A DNA stretch of 64,000 bases from the NCBI GenBank assembly GCA_041690135.1, contig JAWLHY010000003.1:352001-416000 (forward strand), read 5' to 3'. The stretch comes from Armatimonadota bacterium (GTDB lineage Bacteria; Armatimonadota; SYMT01). Position numbers and translations under genes: made by a program. Under the pieces are notes generated by a model, which ran no database searches, was not told the DNA's origin, and was given only the letters and a program-made list of their open reading frames with translations. Within the stretch, counting starts at the first letter, position 1; each line of letters begins with the position of its first letter. Of this stretch, positions 38,556 through 48,491 are shown one piece after another.

Positions 38556-38702
38556 GATAGTGAATTGATGTCGCATTGGATGAGGGCACCGTAGGGAATG
38601 TGACGCCGTTCCATTCCGCCGTTCGGGAATTCGATCTCGTCGTGCCACTTGGTGCATCCTTCGATGTTAATCAACAACACCGTTCAGGTTGCAATGGCCG
38701 TA

Positions 38703-39785
38703 TCAATTCCGAACCGATAGCTTGAAGCAGTGCCTTCCCGCCGGGTGGTTCCAGAGGTTGCCGAAGCCGGGCCGAACCACCCGGGTGGCGCTGGTATCCG
38801 TCTCGAAGGTGGCGCAGAGCTCGTAGGACTTCGGTCCCAGCTTGCGGTACTCGTAAAGTTGGCCGGTCCGGACGTCGCGGATCGACTCCAGGTAGACGTC
38901 GGGCTGCTCGCGCAGCTCTTCCAGGGAGTTGGGCAGCCGCTTCTGGGTGGTGTAGAAGGCGTCGACGGCACTGGAAATGGACTGCAGCGCCTGGATGCGG
39001 CGCTCGTCGGCCGCGCGTTCCCGGGCCGCAAAGGGGGATCCGGCCAGCCCCAGCGCCGCCACGAGGATCGCCACCACGGCCACTCCCGCCGACCGGGCAA
39101 TGAGGCCGCGCAACCGCTCCTGCCCCGGACGGAGTCGCTCCCCCGACGGGGTCTCCGTATCGGTCCCCTGGAGGTCCCAGATGTGGCAACCGATTACGGC
39201 CGCCGCCACCCCGCCCACCACCAGCGCCTTGAGCAGGAAGCGCACCGTGATCTCCCCTCCGAGGAGGCTCGTTACCACGCTCATGCCGTCGCCGATGAGC
39301 ACCGCCGCCGCGATGAACAGGGTGATCGCCGTGAGCCACCGCCGCACCGGCGACACCCGGCGCTGCGGGTCGGCCGCGTACTCCCGCCGCAGCTTCCGGA
39401 GCAGCCACAGGTAGATCGGAAAGGCGATGATCACCCCCGCCGCCGACCAGCGGATGGGACCGAACGGGTCGTGGGGGCCGTATGCCATGCTCTCCTGGAC
39501 CGGGTCCGGAAGCAGCAGGTCGACCAGCGCAAACCCCAGCGCCCCCGTGCTGAAGGCGGTGACATACAGCCCGGTGAAGAGGACCAGGTGGAGGAACGCC
39601 TCCCGGGGAGAGGCATAGGCCTTCGGGCGCGGGACCGGCACGGGAAAGGGGAGGTCGGCGAAATGGGAGAGCGCCTGCTCCACCTCGTCGGCCTTCCAGC
39701 CCGCCCGCAGGAGCACCTCTCGCACCTCCTCCCGCGAGTGGCCGCGCGACAGCGCCTCCCGCGTGAACTCGCACAGCTCCGTCAC
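38703..39785 (-). CDS. DUF5671-like membrane protein
   Basis: PVPVPRP..SPREAFL, SPVRRWL, DERRIQ.L..I, YELCATF. Confidence 0.8.
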   Translation of the reverse strand: MTELCEFTREALSRGHSREEVREVLLRAGWKADEVEQALSHFADLPFPVPVPRPKAYASPREAFLHLVLFTGLYVTAFSTGALGFALVDLLLPDPVQESMAYGPHDPFGPIRWSAAGVIIAFPIYLWLLRKLRREYAADPQRRVSPVRRWLTAITLFIAAAVLIGDGMSVVTSLLGGEITVRFLLKALVVGGVAAAVIGCHIWDLQGTDTETPSGERLRPGQERLRGLIARSAGVAVVAILVAALGLAGSPFAARERAADERRIQALQSISSAVDAFYTTQKRLPNSLEELREQPDVYLESIRDVRTGQLYEYRKLGPKSYELCATFETDTSATRVVRPGFGNLWNHPAGRHCFKLSVRN

Positions 39786-40358
39786 GTCGCACCTCCCAGG
39801 GGGACCGGAAACCGGAAAGCAGTCCCGATAACTCCACTATACCCTTGCCGAGTACGGTGCTCCTGGGACCGGCGACCCGGTTTGGCCGGGAGGGGGTGCC
39901 CTTTTCAGGCGGGACGGTATGGTTTTGACACGGATGTCACAGAAAGGACGGATGGGCACGGATGAGTGTAGTGGGGCGGAGTTCGGTTGGCACGCGCCGG
40001 GAGAGTTTTCGACACAGAGGGACACGGAGGAGGACATGAGGGGACACAGATTGCCGAAACAATTTCGACACGGAGCGTGCGGAACGACGCGGATCAGGGA
40101 ATGGGAAACAGAAGGTAGCAGAGGGGCTTGTCCCCGTTGGTCACGGTACGCGCTGGCGGTGCAACTCGTCCACGCTGCGGCACACGGACTGCGCCCGCTA
40201 TGCCTACGGACGTCGCGAACGCGGTAACCCGCTTCCGACACGCACGCGGCGCCGCGGCCTGCACCACACGGACGGTGGTGAGGAACTGGAATCCCTGGCG
40301 AACGAAACCGCTGCTGGAGATGGGGCGTCAGTAGTGTGTGGCTGGAGGGGCTGGAGCA

Positions 40359-41234
40359 GTGAAGATCACCACGGAGCGCACGAGCTTGCCCGTATGGGAG
40401 AACACGGAGAAGGAGGGAGACCCTACGCCGCGAGCGAGTTCAGTGCTTGCCGCTGATGGGCGCTCGCCGGAGCTGGACATGGGCGATCGCGGGGCCCTCC
40501 GGTTGAGTGATGCTGTGGCGCTAGGTGGGGGAGCGCGCCTGGACCAGGGATTGGCGGAGGACCGGGCGTGGCGGGAGGAGCGCCGGCGAACCGTGCGCCG
40601 GAAGCTGGTCCGAGCGCGGCGGGTGCGGGATCTGGGTCGCGGTTGCTGCGTGGCGGCCGGGCTCGCCCTTTCCGGTTACTGGCTCCTCATATGGCTGGCA
40701 GTTATTACCAGAAATGCGATGGACGCTTCCGCCGTCACATCGACGTTCACCACCCTGGCGGCGTTGCTGCTGGTCGCCGGAGTGGGCCTGACGGCCGGCG
40801 CGCGGGGGTATCCACGTTGGCTACGCGCGCGTAGCAATCCCGATGACTTTGAAGCGGCGGCCGATGCGGTGGAGACGGAAGAGCTCCGGCGAGCCGGCCC
40901 GCGGGTCCTCCCGGAGCCCCGGTGCGTGGAACGGGCCGCCCGCCTCGCCGCACTGCGGAGGAAGGAAGCCACTTACAGCAACCTGTGCCTGTTGTTCGGA
41001 GCGGCGGGGCTGCTCTTCGGGGCTTTCAACCTGGCCGATTCTTCATTCCTGGCGTCCCTTGGATTCCAGTACCTGGTCCCCGCTCTCCTGATGTTCTCGA
41101 TGTACATGTGGCTGCCGATCGCCGCCGGCGGCTGGGCGCTGGTAAGAGTGAAGCGGCACCTGCTCTCCTGGAAACTCGCCGCGGAAGAAACTGCTGTACA
41201 GCCGGATGGAAGCCCGGAGCAGATACCGGCCTGA
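40359..41234 (+). CDS. Hypothetical membrane protein
   Basis: About four TM segments; GTG start with GGAG (start uncertain). Confidence 0.6.
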   Translation: MKITTERTSLPVWENTEKEGDPTPRASSVLAADGRSPELDMGDRGALRLSDAVALGGGARLDQGLAEDRAWREERRRTVRRKLVRARRVRDLGRGCCVAAGLALSGYWLLIWLAVITRNAMDASAVTSTFTTLAALLLVAGVGLTAGARGYPRWLRARSNPDDFEAAADAVETEELRRAGPRVLPEPRCVERAARLAALRRKEATYSNLCLLFGAAGLLFGAFNLADSSFLASLGFQYLVPALLMFSMYMWLPIAAGGWALVRVKRHLLSWKLAAEETAVQPDGSPEQIPA

Positions 41235-41261
41235 ATTCAGGCCTATGCCTCCCCGATCCCC

Positions 41262-41567
41262 GTGAGCAAACGGTTACTCTTACCCTGGCGCGACCGTCCT
41301 ATCCGGCCGGTCTCACGCGCCATCGAAACGCCGGCACCTATCACGTCCGAAGCCGTGGTCCGGTTATCCGATGCCGACGTGGATGTTGATCGCGGCTCGA
41401 GGCTGGACGAGGCCCTCGCGTGCGATCGAACCTGGCGGGAATGTCGCCGGGAACAGTTGCAGCAAAGGATTGCCCGTGCTCTGTGGCTGGAGCAGTTTGG
41501 TCGTCGGGGTTGTGTGGCGGTCGGGCTGGCTTCCCCCTTGTTCTGGACCGAGGTTACGAGAGGTTAA
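41262..41567 (+). pseudogene. Truncated paralog of the upstream membrane protein
   Basis: LDEALACDRTWRECRRE...GRRGCVAVGLA aligns with LDQGLAEDRAWREERRR...GRGCCVAAGLA, then stops. Confidence 0.55.
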
Positions 41568-41934
41568 ATTCACAGGATGGCAGTGCGGAGTATACCTTGG
41601 GACTTTCGGTGCAGGGTCCTGCCCCATTACGGAGTCCCGCCCTCGGGCGGCCCGTTCGCGACCTTGGGTCGGGAACCCGTGACCGTGTCTCGCGAACTCC
41701 CGTGTTCACCGTTGCAATGGCGATGGAGAGCGGGATCCCGTTTTCGCACTCGCAAGCTACCGTCTGAGGACGGGACTCCGCGCCCGTGCCGGACGGTGGC
41801 ACAACCGGGGGCGAGCACCTCGCTCACAGTCCGTTTCTGGACCCCCCTCGTTCTTAGGTACGAAAGAAGAGGCCCTTCACAGTAGTGCGAAAGGTCCCTC
41901 TTTATCGCTATCCGTGTCCTGATCTGCCGAAGGG

Positions 41935-44157
41935 CTACGTGTCGGCGGGAACGGCGGCCGCCGCGGCGGGGGGCACCGTTTCCTTGGGAGCGCCAGCCGG
42001 CACCGTTTCGGGGCCATCCGGCTTTTTCTCCTTCTTCTTGTCGTCGCTCTTCGGCTTGGCCGCGCCCGTGTGTACGGAGCAGCGCGCCGTGGGATGTTCG
42101 CCCAGCATGTACTCCTCGGTGGCCTGGCTCGGGCAGTTATCCGAGGCCAGATCGCCCGTTTCGGAGCAGATGGTCACCCGGATCCGGTTACGGTCGTTCT
42201 CATCCGCGCCCAGGGGCTTTTCCACCGGCTTAGGTCGCGGGCGGCGGCGGCGCTCCCGAGGCTTGGCTTCCAGCGCCTTGGCCATCGGGGTCTTCTTCTT
42301 GGCCGGGTTCAGGACGACGGCCTGCTTCATGAACTCGCGCCAGATCGGCACGCCGATGGTGGAGCCGTAAACCCGCGCCATCTTGGAGTTGTCGCGGTTG
42401 CCGGCCCATACCGCGGTGGCCAGGTCCGGCGTGTAACCCACGAACCAGGCATCGGTGTAGTCCTCGCTGGTGCCGGTCTTCCCATGGGCTTCCGGCACTT
42501 CGCGCGCCTGGGTGCCGGTCCCGCTCTCCACGACCGCCCGGGTCAGCTCGTTCATCTTCTCGACGGTGGCGGGCTTCAGACCGGTGGCCACCAGCTTCGG
42601 CCGGATGTCTTCCAGGATCTCCCCTTCAAAGCTCCGCACCTGGATGATGGAGATCGGCTCGGCGCGCTTGCCGCCGGCGGCGAAGACGCCGTAGGCGTTG
42701 GCCATTTCCAGCGGGTTGGTGTCCGACACGCCGAGAGCGAGTGAGGGGTAGGCATACATCGTGCCCTTCACGCCCAGCCGCTGCGCGACATCCTTCACCT
42801 TCTGCGGCCCCACCTTGACGGCGATGTTCACCGCCGCCCCGTTCAGGGACTTGGCAAAGGCCTGCTTATAGCTCAGCCGGCCGCGGTAACGGCCGTGGTT
42901 CTTCGGCGCGTAGATTTTGCCGTCCGGCATCCGGATCGGGTTCACGGAGGCGTTCACCGAATCATACACGTCATCGCCGGCTTCGAAGGCGGCCGTGTAG
43001 ACGAACAGCTTGAACGACGACCCGGGCTGGCGACGGGCCTGGGTGGCGCAGTTGAACTGGTATTTCTCCCAGGGCTCGTTCACACCGCCGACCATGGCCC
43101 GGATGTAGCCGGTGTGCGGATCGAGGCAGACCAGCGAGGTTTCGGTGACGCGGTGGCTCTTGCGGATCTTCGCCAGCTCCTGGCGGGCGACTTTCTCCGC
43201 GGCCTGCTGCATCTTCCAGTTCAGGCTGGTGACCACGGTGAGGCCGGTCTTGTCGATCACGTCCTGGTCGTAGTTGAACTTGCTGCGAAGCTCGTCCACC
43301 ACATGCTGGACGAAGTACTTCGCCTTGAAATAGCCGATGGCCGGCGGCCGCCGTTTGAGGACCTTGATCGGCTTCTTCTTCGCCGCATCCGCCTCGGCTT
43401 GGGTGATGAACTTGAGGTCCGCCATGCGCTGGAGGACCATATTCCGGCGGCCCTTGGTCCGGTCGTAGTCCCCGTCATCTTCCAGGGCGGCGAACGGCGA
43501 GAGGTCGCTCGGGCGCTGCGGCAGGCCCGCCAGCATCGCAGCCTCTTCCAGGGTGATCTTGTCGATCTTCTTGCCGAAGTAGATCTGGGAGGCGGCGCCC
43601 ACGCCGTAAGCGCCGGCCCCGAAGTAGACCTGGTTCAGGTACGCCTCGAGGATCTTGCTCTTCGACCAGTTCCGCTCGATCTGGACCGCAAGGAGGATCT
43701 CCTTGATCTTTCGGGAGATCTTCTTGCGGGAGCTAAGAAAGATGTTGCGCGCGAGCTGCTGCGTGATGGTGCTGCCGCCCTGCGCCAGTTCGCGGCCGCT
43801 GATGTTGGCCCACACGGCGCGCGTGAGGCCGCGGTAGTCCAGGCCGCGGTGGCTGTAGAAGCGGCTGTCCTCGATGGCGATCATCGCATCCTGCATGTGC
43901 TTCGGGATGCGGTCCAGCTTCACCGGCTCGCGATTCTCCGCGGCCAGCTTGGCGAGCACCACGCCATCGGAGGAAAGTATCTTGGTGCCCACGGGAGCCC
44001 GGTAGTGTTCCAGGGCCGCATCCGCGGGCAGCATTTTGTTCATCTGGTAGAAGGCGCCGAGGACCACCCCCATTCCTGCTCCCAGGATGAGAATAATCAG
44101 GATCTCCGTCCAGAGCAGGAACTTCTTGATCCGTCGCTTGACATTGGGGTTGATCAT
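41935..44157 (-). CDS. Class A penicillin-binding protein (PBP1A family)
   Basis: EDSRF, GGSTITQQL, RKIKE, YLNQVYFG, PGSSFK, SLN, KTGT. Confidence 0.96.
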   Translation of the reverse strand: MINPNVKRRIKKFLLWTEILIILILGAGMGVVLGAFYQMNKMLPADAALEHYRAPVGTKILSSDGVVLAKLAAENREPVKLDRIPKHMQDAMIAIEDSRFYSHRGLDYRGLTRAVWANISGRELAQGGSTITQQLARNIFLSSRKKISRKIKEILLAVQIERNWSKSKILEAYLNQVYFGAGAYGVGAASQIYFGKKIDKITLEEAAMLAGLPQRPSDLSPFAALEDDGDYDRTKGRRNMVLQRMADLKFITQAEADAAKKKPIKVLKRRPPAIGYFKAKYFVQHVVDELRSKFNYDQDVIDKTGLTVVTSLNWKMQQAAEKVARQELAKIRKSHRVTETSLVCLDPHTGYIRAMVGGVNEPWEKYQFNCATQARRQPGSSFKLFVYTAAFEAGDDVYDSVNASVNPIRMPDGKIYAPKNHGRYRGRLSYKQAFAKSLNGAAVNIAVKVGPQKVKDVAQRLGVKGTMYAYPSLALGVSDTNPLEMANAYGVFAAGGKRAEPISIIQVRSFEGEILEDIRPKLVATGLKPATVEKMNELTRAVVESGTGTQAREVPEAHGKTGTSEDYTDAWFVGYTPDLATAVWAGNRDNSKMARVYGSTIGVPIWREFMKQAVVLNPAKKKTPMAKALEAKPRERRRRPRPKPVEKPLGADENDRNRIRVTICSETGDLASDNCPSQATEEYMLGEHPTARCSVHTGAAKPKSDDKKKEKKPDGPETVPAGAPKETVPPAAAAAVPADT

Positions 44158-44257
44158 CCGCAATTCTCCCGGCCGTCATTATAGGTGGCGCCCATAACAC
44201 CGTCAAATTCAGGGGCCCGTCGCGGCTTGCCTGTCAGTCGTCCCGACAGCTTCGGCA

Positions 44258-46477
44258 ATGATTAGTAGTCTCCATCGCCGGTTTAGTTCATTTCCGCGTT
44301 CTCTGGCACGTTCCGCTTCTATTCCCGCGGGACTGCTTGCCCTCACGGGTGTCGTTTTCCTGCTGGCCCCCGCTCCCACGACCCAGGCCCAGGGTCGCGA
44401 GGGCCGGCCTATCGGTCCCGGCGTGCGCCTCATCCAATGGACGAGCCCGGCGGGCCCGCATGCGCTCCACGCCGTCGAGGTGGATACCAGCGACCGGTTC
44501 ATCCGGCTCGGTATAGCCGCGGGCCGTGCGGAGGGGCTGGGTTTGGAACCTCTTTCCCGGCAGGCGGAGCGGCTAACCCTTCCGGACCGCTACCCCATCG
44601 CGGGCGTGAACGGCGACTTCTTCTTCTACCCCGGCACGACTCAACCCGGGATTCCCACCAATGCCCTGGTCCTCGGCGGCGAGCTGATCCGCACGCCGAT
44701 GAGCCGCTCCTGCCTGGTCATCGCACCGGACGGCACCCCCTCCATCCGGATTCTGCGCGCCCGCGGGCGCGTGACGCTCCCCAGCGGCGTGGAAAGAACG
44801 TTGGATGGAGTGAACCAGCCCCGGGGGGGCAACCAGCTTGTGCTCTATACCCCCTGGTTCGGCCAGACTACACGTACCGGTAAAGACGGCACCGAAGTCT
44901 ACCTGACTCCGGAGCAGGGACAGTTCCCGCTGCGGCACGGCGCTCCTCACCGCGCCCGCGTGGAGGCGGTCCAAACGGGGCAGGGCGGCGCGCCGATCGC
45001 CGCGGGCCGGTGGGTGCTTTCCGGGTCCGGCGCGGCCGGCGCCCTGGTGCGCGCGCTGAAGCCGGGCGACACGCTGGAGCTGCGCGTCGACCTGGACCCC
45101 CAGATCGGTCCCGAGGACCAGGTGATGGGCGGCGGCCCGCGCCTGGTGCGGGACGGCAAGGTTTCCGTGGAGAGCGAGGGCGGCACCCTGGGCGACGCCT
45201 TCGCCAAGGCGCGGCACCCCCGCACCGCCATCGGGTTCAACGGGAAGAAGCTGTACCTCTTCGTGGTCGACGGCCGGCAGCCGGGCTACAGCGAGGGGAT
45301 GAGCCTCTACGAGGTGGCCGAGGCGATGGTCGCGCTGGGCTGCACCGAGGCGCTGAACATGGATGGCGGCGGCTCCAGCACGCTGTGGGTGCGCGGGTCC
45401 GTCGCGAACCGGCCGTCGGACGGGCGGGAGCGCTCCGTGGCCAACGGTCTCCTCGTCTTCAGCACCGCGCCGAAGAGCGATCCCGTGCGGCTGATTCCCA
45501 GCACCGACACCCTCTACCTGCTCGCGGGGGCCGAGGCGGAGGTGAAGGTGACCGGGGAAGACCCTTACTACAACCCTGTGGAAGTTCCGGCTAACCAGAT
45601 CCGGTGGCAGGTCGATCCCCGCTTCGGGACCGTGCAGAATGGCCGGTTCACGGCCGCGGCCAGCCTCGCGACCGAGGCGGGCCAGGAGTACCAGGCCGTG
45701 GACCTGGTGGCGGAAGCCGGCTCCCTCCGCGGCACGGTGCCCGTCCGCCTCTACCCCCAGCCGGCCCGCATCGAGATTCTGCCCGGCACGACCCGCCTGG
45801 GGACGCTGGTCCAGAAGCCGTTCCGCATCCGCGCCTACGACCGGGAAGGCCACCTGCTGACCCTCCCCGCCGGCCTCCGCTGGGAAGCCTCGCCCGAGCT
45901 CGGGACCGTGGCCGCCGACGGGACCCTGCTGACGGGCGAGACCGCGGGGCGCGGCACGGTGACGGTCACCGTCAACGGCGTGGCGGCCACCGCGCAGGTG
46001 GAAGTGGCGGCCGGGGTCGCCGCCGCCCTGGAAGACTTCGAGAACACTATGGACTGGAAGGCCCGGCTGCTACCCGCGGGAACGCAGGGGGCGGTGTTTG
46101 TGGCGCAGGGGAAGGCCCGCAGCGGCCGAAAAGCGCTGCGCCTGGACTACGACTTTTCCACGGCGACGGGCACCCGCGCGGTCTACGCCCTTGGGAGCCG
46201 GGTTCTCGGGCAGCCCCTGGCGCTGAAGCTGTGGGTCCACGGCGACGGCCAGGGCGCGTGGCTGCGAGCCCGCATCCGCGACGGAAAGCAGAACAACCAC
46301 CTGCTCGACCTGGTCCGCAAGGTGGACTGGAAGGATAGCTGGCGCGAGCTGCGGCTGCCGATTTCGGAGGACCTGCCGGGACCGATCAGCCTGGAAGCGA
46401 TCTACGTGGTGGAAACGGACCCGAACCTTAAGCCGAAAGGAACGCTGCTCTTCGACGACCTGTCGGTTGAGGAATAG
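44258..46477 (+). CDS. Phosphodiester glycosidase (NAGPA) family secreted protein
   Basis: VNGDFF, HPRTAIG, VVDGRQ, NMDGGGS, plus Ig-like and CBM-like C-terminal domains. Confidence 0.9.
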   Translation: MISSLHRRFSSFPRSLARSASIPAGLLALTGVVFLLAPAPTTQAQGREGRPIGPGVRLIQWTSPAGPHALHAVEVDTSDRFIRLGIAAGRAEGLGLEPLSRQAERLTLPDRYPIAGVNGDFFFYPGTTQPGIPTNALVLGGELIRTPMSRSCLVIAPDGTPSIRILRARGRVTLPSGVERTLDGVNQPRGGNQLVLYTPWFGQTTRTGKDGTEVYLTPEQGQFPLRHGAPHRARVEAVQTGQGGAPIAAGRWVLSGSGAAGALVRALKPGDTLELRVDLDPQIGPEDQVMGGGPRLVRDGKVSVESEGGTLGDAFAKARHPRTAIGFNGKKLYLFVVDGRQPGYSEGMSLYEVAEAMVALGCTEALNMDGGGSSTLWVRGSVANRPSDGRERSVANGLLVFSTAPKSDPVRLIPSTDTLYLLAGAEAEVKVTGEDPYYNPVEVPANQIRWQVDPRFGTVQNGRFTAAASLATEAGQEYQAVDLVAEAGSLRGTVPVRLYPQPARIEILPGTTRLGTLVQKPFRIRAYDREGHLLTLPAGLRWEASPELGTVAADGTLLTGETAGRGTVTVTVNGVAATAQVEVAAGVAAALEDFENTMDWKARLLPAGTQGAVFVAQGKARSGRKALRLDYDFSTATGTRAVYALGSRVLGQPLALKLWVHGDGQGAWLRARIRDGKQNNHLLDLVRKVDWKDSWRELRLPISEDLPGPISLEAIYVVETDPNLKPKGTLLFDDLSVEE

Positions 46478-46485
46478 GAGGACCC

Positions 46486-47775
46486 ATGTCGAACCCCAAC
46501 GCGGCCGTGTTGGAACAGGTGTTGTCGTACCGCACCGCCGAGGAGATGGAGGTCAGCCTGGAGGAGGAGCAGGAAGCCTCCACCCGGTTCGCCAACAACG
46601 CCATCACCCAGAACGTCGCCAAGCGGGACGTGAAGGTGACGGTGAAGGCGGTCTACGGTCAGCGCGTCGGGCGGGCCTCCGTGACGGAGCTAAGCGAGAC
46701 GGCTCTGCGGGCGTGCGTGGCGAGGGCGGAGGCAATCGCGCGCGCCACGGAGCCGGACCCCGAATACCTCCCGCTGCCCGGTCCGCAAGAGTACCCGGAG
46801 ATCTCCAGCCATGACGAGCGCGTAGCGGCGGCCACGCCGGACGAGCGAGCAATCACCATCCGCGAGGCGATCGCGGCGGCGGAAGGGGCGGGGCTGCAGG
46901 CGGCCGGGAGCTTTGCAACCAACGCCTACCGCATGGTACTGGCCAACTCCTCCGGCCTCTACCACGAGCAGCAGCTCACCGATGCCCAGTTCGTGATGAC
47001 CGCCATGGCGGACGACAGCTCCGGCTGGGCGCGGACCTCCGGCTACCGCTGGGACCAGCTCGACCCGCAGACCGCAGCCCGTTCCGCCGTGGAGAAGGCC
47101 CTGGCCGCCCGTGACCCGCGCGACGTGGAGCCGGGCGCCTACACGGTGATCCTAGAGCCCGCGGCCGTCGCGGACTTCTTCGGGTTCCTCGGCTACACGA
47201 TGGACGCCAAAGCCGCCGACGAGGGCCGCAGCGCCTTCACCGGCAAGGAAGGTCGGCGGATCGGCCGGGAAACGGTCACCCTCTCCACCCAGCCGATCCA
47301 TCCGGAAGTCCCCACCCTCCGCACCGCCGACGACGGCCTACCGCGCCCGGCGACCACCTGGATCGAAAACGGGGTGCTGAATACCCTCTCTTACAGCCGC
47401 TTCTGGGCGCAGAAGACCGGCAAGCCGTTTACCGGCCGTCCCTCCAACCTGGTGATGGCCGGAGGAGAGGCCTCTCTGGAGGACCTCATCGCCGGCGTGG
47501 AGCGGGGCCTGCTGGTCACCCGTTTCTGGTACATCCGCTTCGTCGACCCGATGAAGCTGTTGCTGACTGGCATGACCCGCGACGGCCTCTACTGGATCGA
47601 GGATGGGCAGGTGCGGCACGGCTTGCGGAATGTCCGCTTCAACGAGAGCCCCCTCCGCTGCCTGGAGCGGATCGAAGCCCTGGGCCACCCCGCCCGCGCC
47701 GGCCGTTATGGCGGCGCCTACGTGCCCCCACTCCGCATCGAAGGCTTTCAGTTCTCCAGCGGCACCAGCTTTTAG
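46486..47775 (+). CDS. TldD/PmbA family protein (PmbA/TldE-like)
   Basis: TRFANNAITQN, PGAYTVILEP, TRFWYIR, TGMTRDG, RFNES. Confidence 0.9.
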   Translation: MSNPNAAVLEQVLSYRTAEEMEVSLEEEQEASTRFANNAITQNVAKRDVKVTVKAVYGQRVGRASVTELSETALRACVARAEAIARATEPDPEYLPLPGPQEYPEISSHDERVAAATPDERAITIREAIAAAEGAGLQAAGSFATNAYRMVLANSSGLYHEQQLTDAQFVMTAMADDSSGWARTSGYRWDQLDPQTAARSAVEKALAARDPRDVEPGAYTVILEPAAVADFFGFLGYTMDAKAADEGRSAFTGKEGRRIGRETVTLSTQPIHPEVPTLRTADDGLPRPATTWIENGVLNTLSYSRFWAQKTGKPFTGRPSNLVMAGGEASLEDLIAGVERGLLVTRFWYIRFVDPMKLLLTGMTRDGLYWIEDGQVRHGLRNVRFNESPLRCLERIEALGHPARAGRYGGAYVPPLRIEGFQFSSGTSF

Positions 47776-48075
47776 CGCGAAGGGGGCTTTTGGCCCGCGG
47801 AACACGCTGAATTACGCGGAAAAGGGAATGCGTTCGGAAGGTAGCACAGCCGGGGTGCCCTTTGGGCCATGGGCGTCGGTTACGGTGCAAGCCTGTCAGG
47901 TACCGCTCGATCTGGTGATCACGGCCAGCCCGTTATGGGGACGGCCATCTCCCCTGTGGATGTAACCGCCCTCTGGTGGCCCACGAGGTATGCACGAGCC
48001 GCCATCCGATGGGCTTCGGCTGTCTCCGTAGACGTGGCAATGGCACGGCATCCCGCCGCGTCCCGTGTCCGCGAC

Positions 48076-48437
48076 CCGCCAGGCGATGGGCCCTCGATGA
48101 CGCCGGCAATGTAACAATGGCGCGTCACCCCGTCGCGTCCCGTTTACGCGACCCGCCAGGCGATGGGCGGCGTGGATGCCGAAGGAGAGACGTTCGCACC
48201 TTTGCAAGCGCGTAATCGCAGCGAGAAGCACGAGCCGTTACAAGCCGCCCTGGTAACCGCCTGCCCTCCCCCGGAGGGTAAACCTACGAATGAGTCACCC
48301 AAGGGGCTCTCGGGTGTTGCTGGTCTGGACTGGAAATCCGCAACTGCGCTGCTATGCTGCAGGCGAACTCGTCGCTGCTCACCTGGTTAGCAAAACCGGG
48401 TCGAGATGGCGTTGACGGGCTTCCATCACCCGGCGGG
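48076..48437. repeat. Composite repeat element, copy 1
   Basis: CCGCCAGGCGATGGG at 48076 and 48153, 67-bp core at 48243-48309, inverted end CCATCACCCGGCGGG at 48423-48437. Confidence 0.75.
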
Positions 48438-48491
48438 CCAGGTCAAGCAGTAGAGTTCATATATCCGTCGGAGCGGGCCACCGGACCGGGG

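Noticed and set aside
41760-41800. Hammerhead ribozyme (CTGAGGA)
   Set aside because: No GAAA after the putative stem II.
47855-47896. Group II intron 5' end (GTGCCC...CATGGGCG...GGTGCAAG)
   Set aside because: It does not match GUGYG, and no domain V/VI or reverse transcriptase was found.
48038-48171. CRISPR mini-array
   Set aside because: Only two diverged ~55-bp units, a short spacer and no cas genes.
48243-48345. HEARO/omegaRNA identity for the repeat core (GGTAACCGCCT...CTACG)
   Set aside because: Only short word similarity; no IscB, IsrB or TnpB ORF nearby. It cannot be supported without a covariance search.
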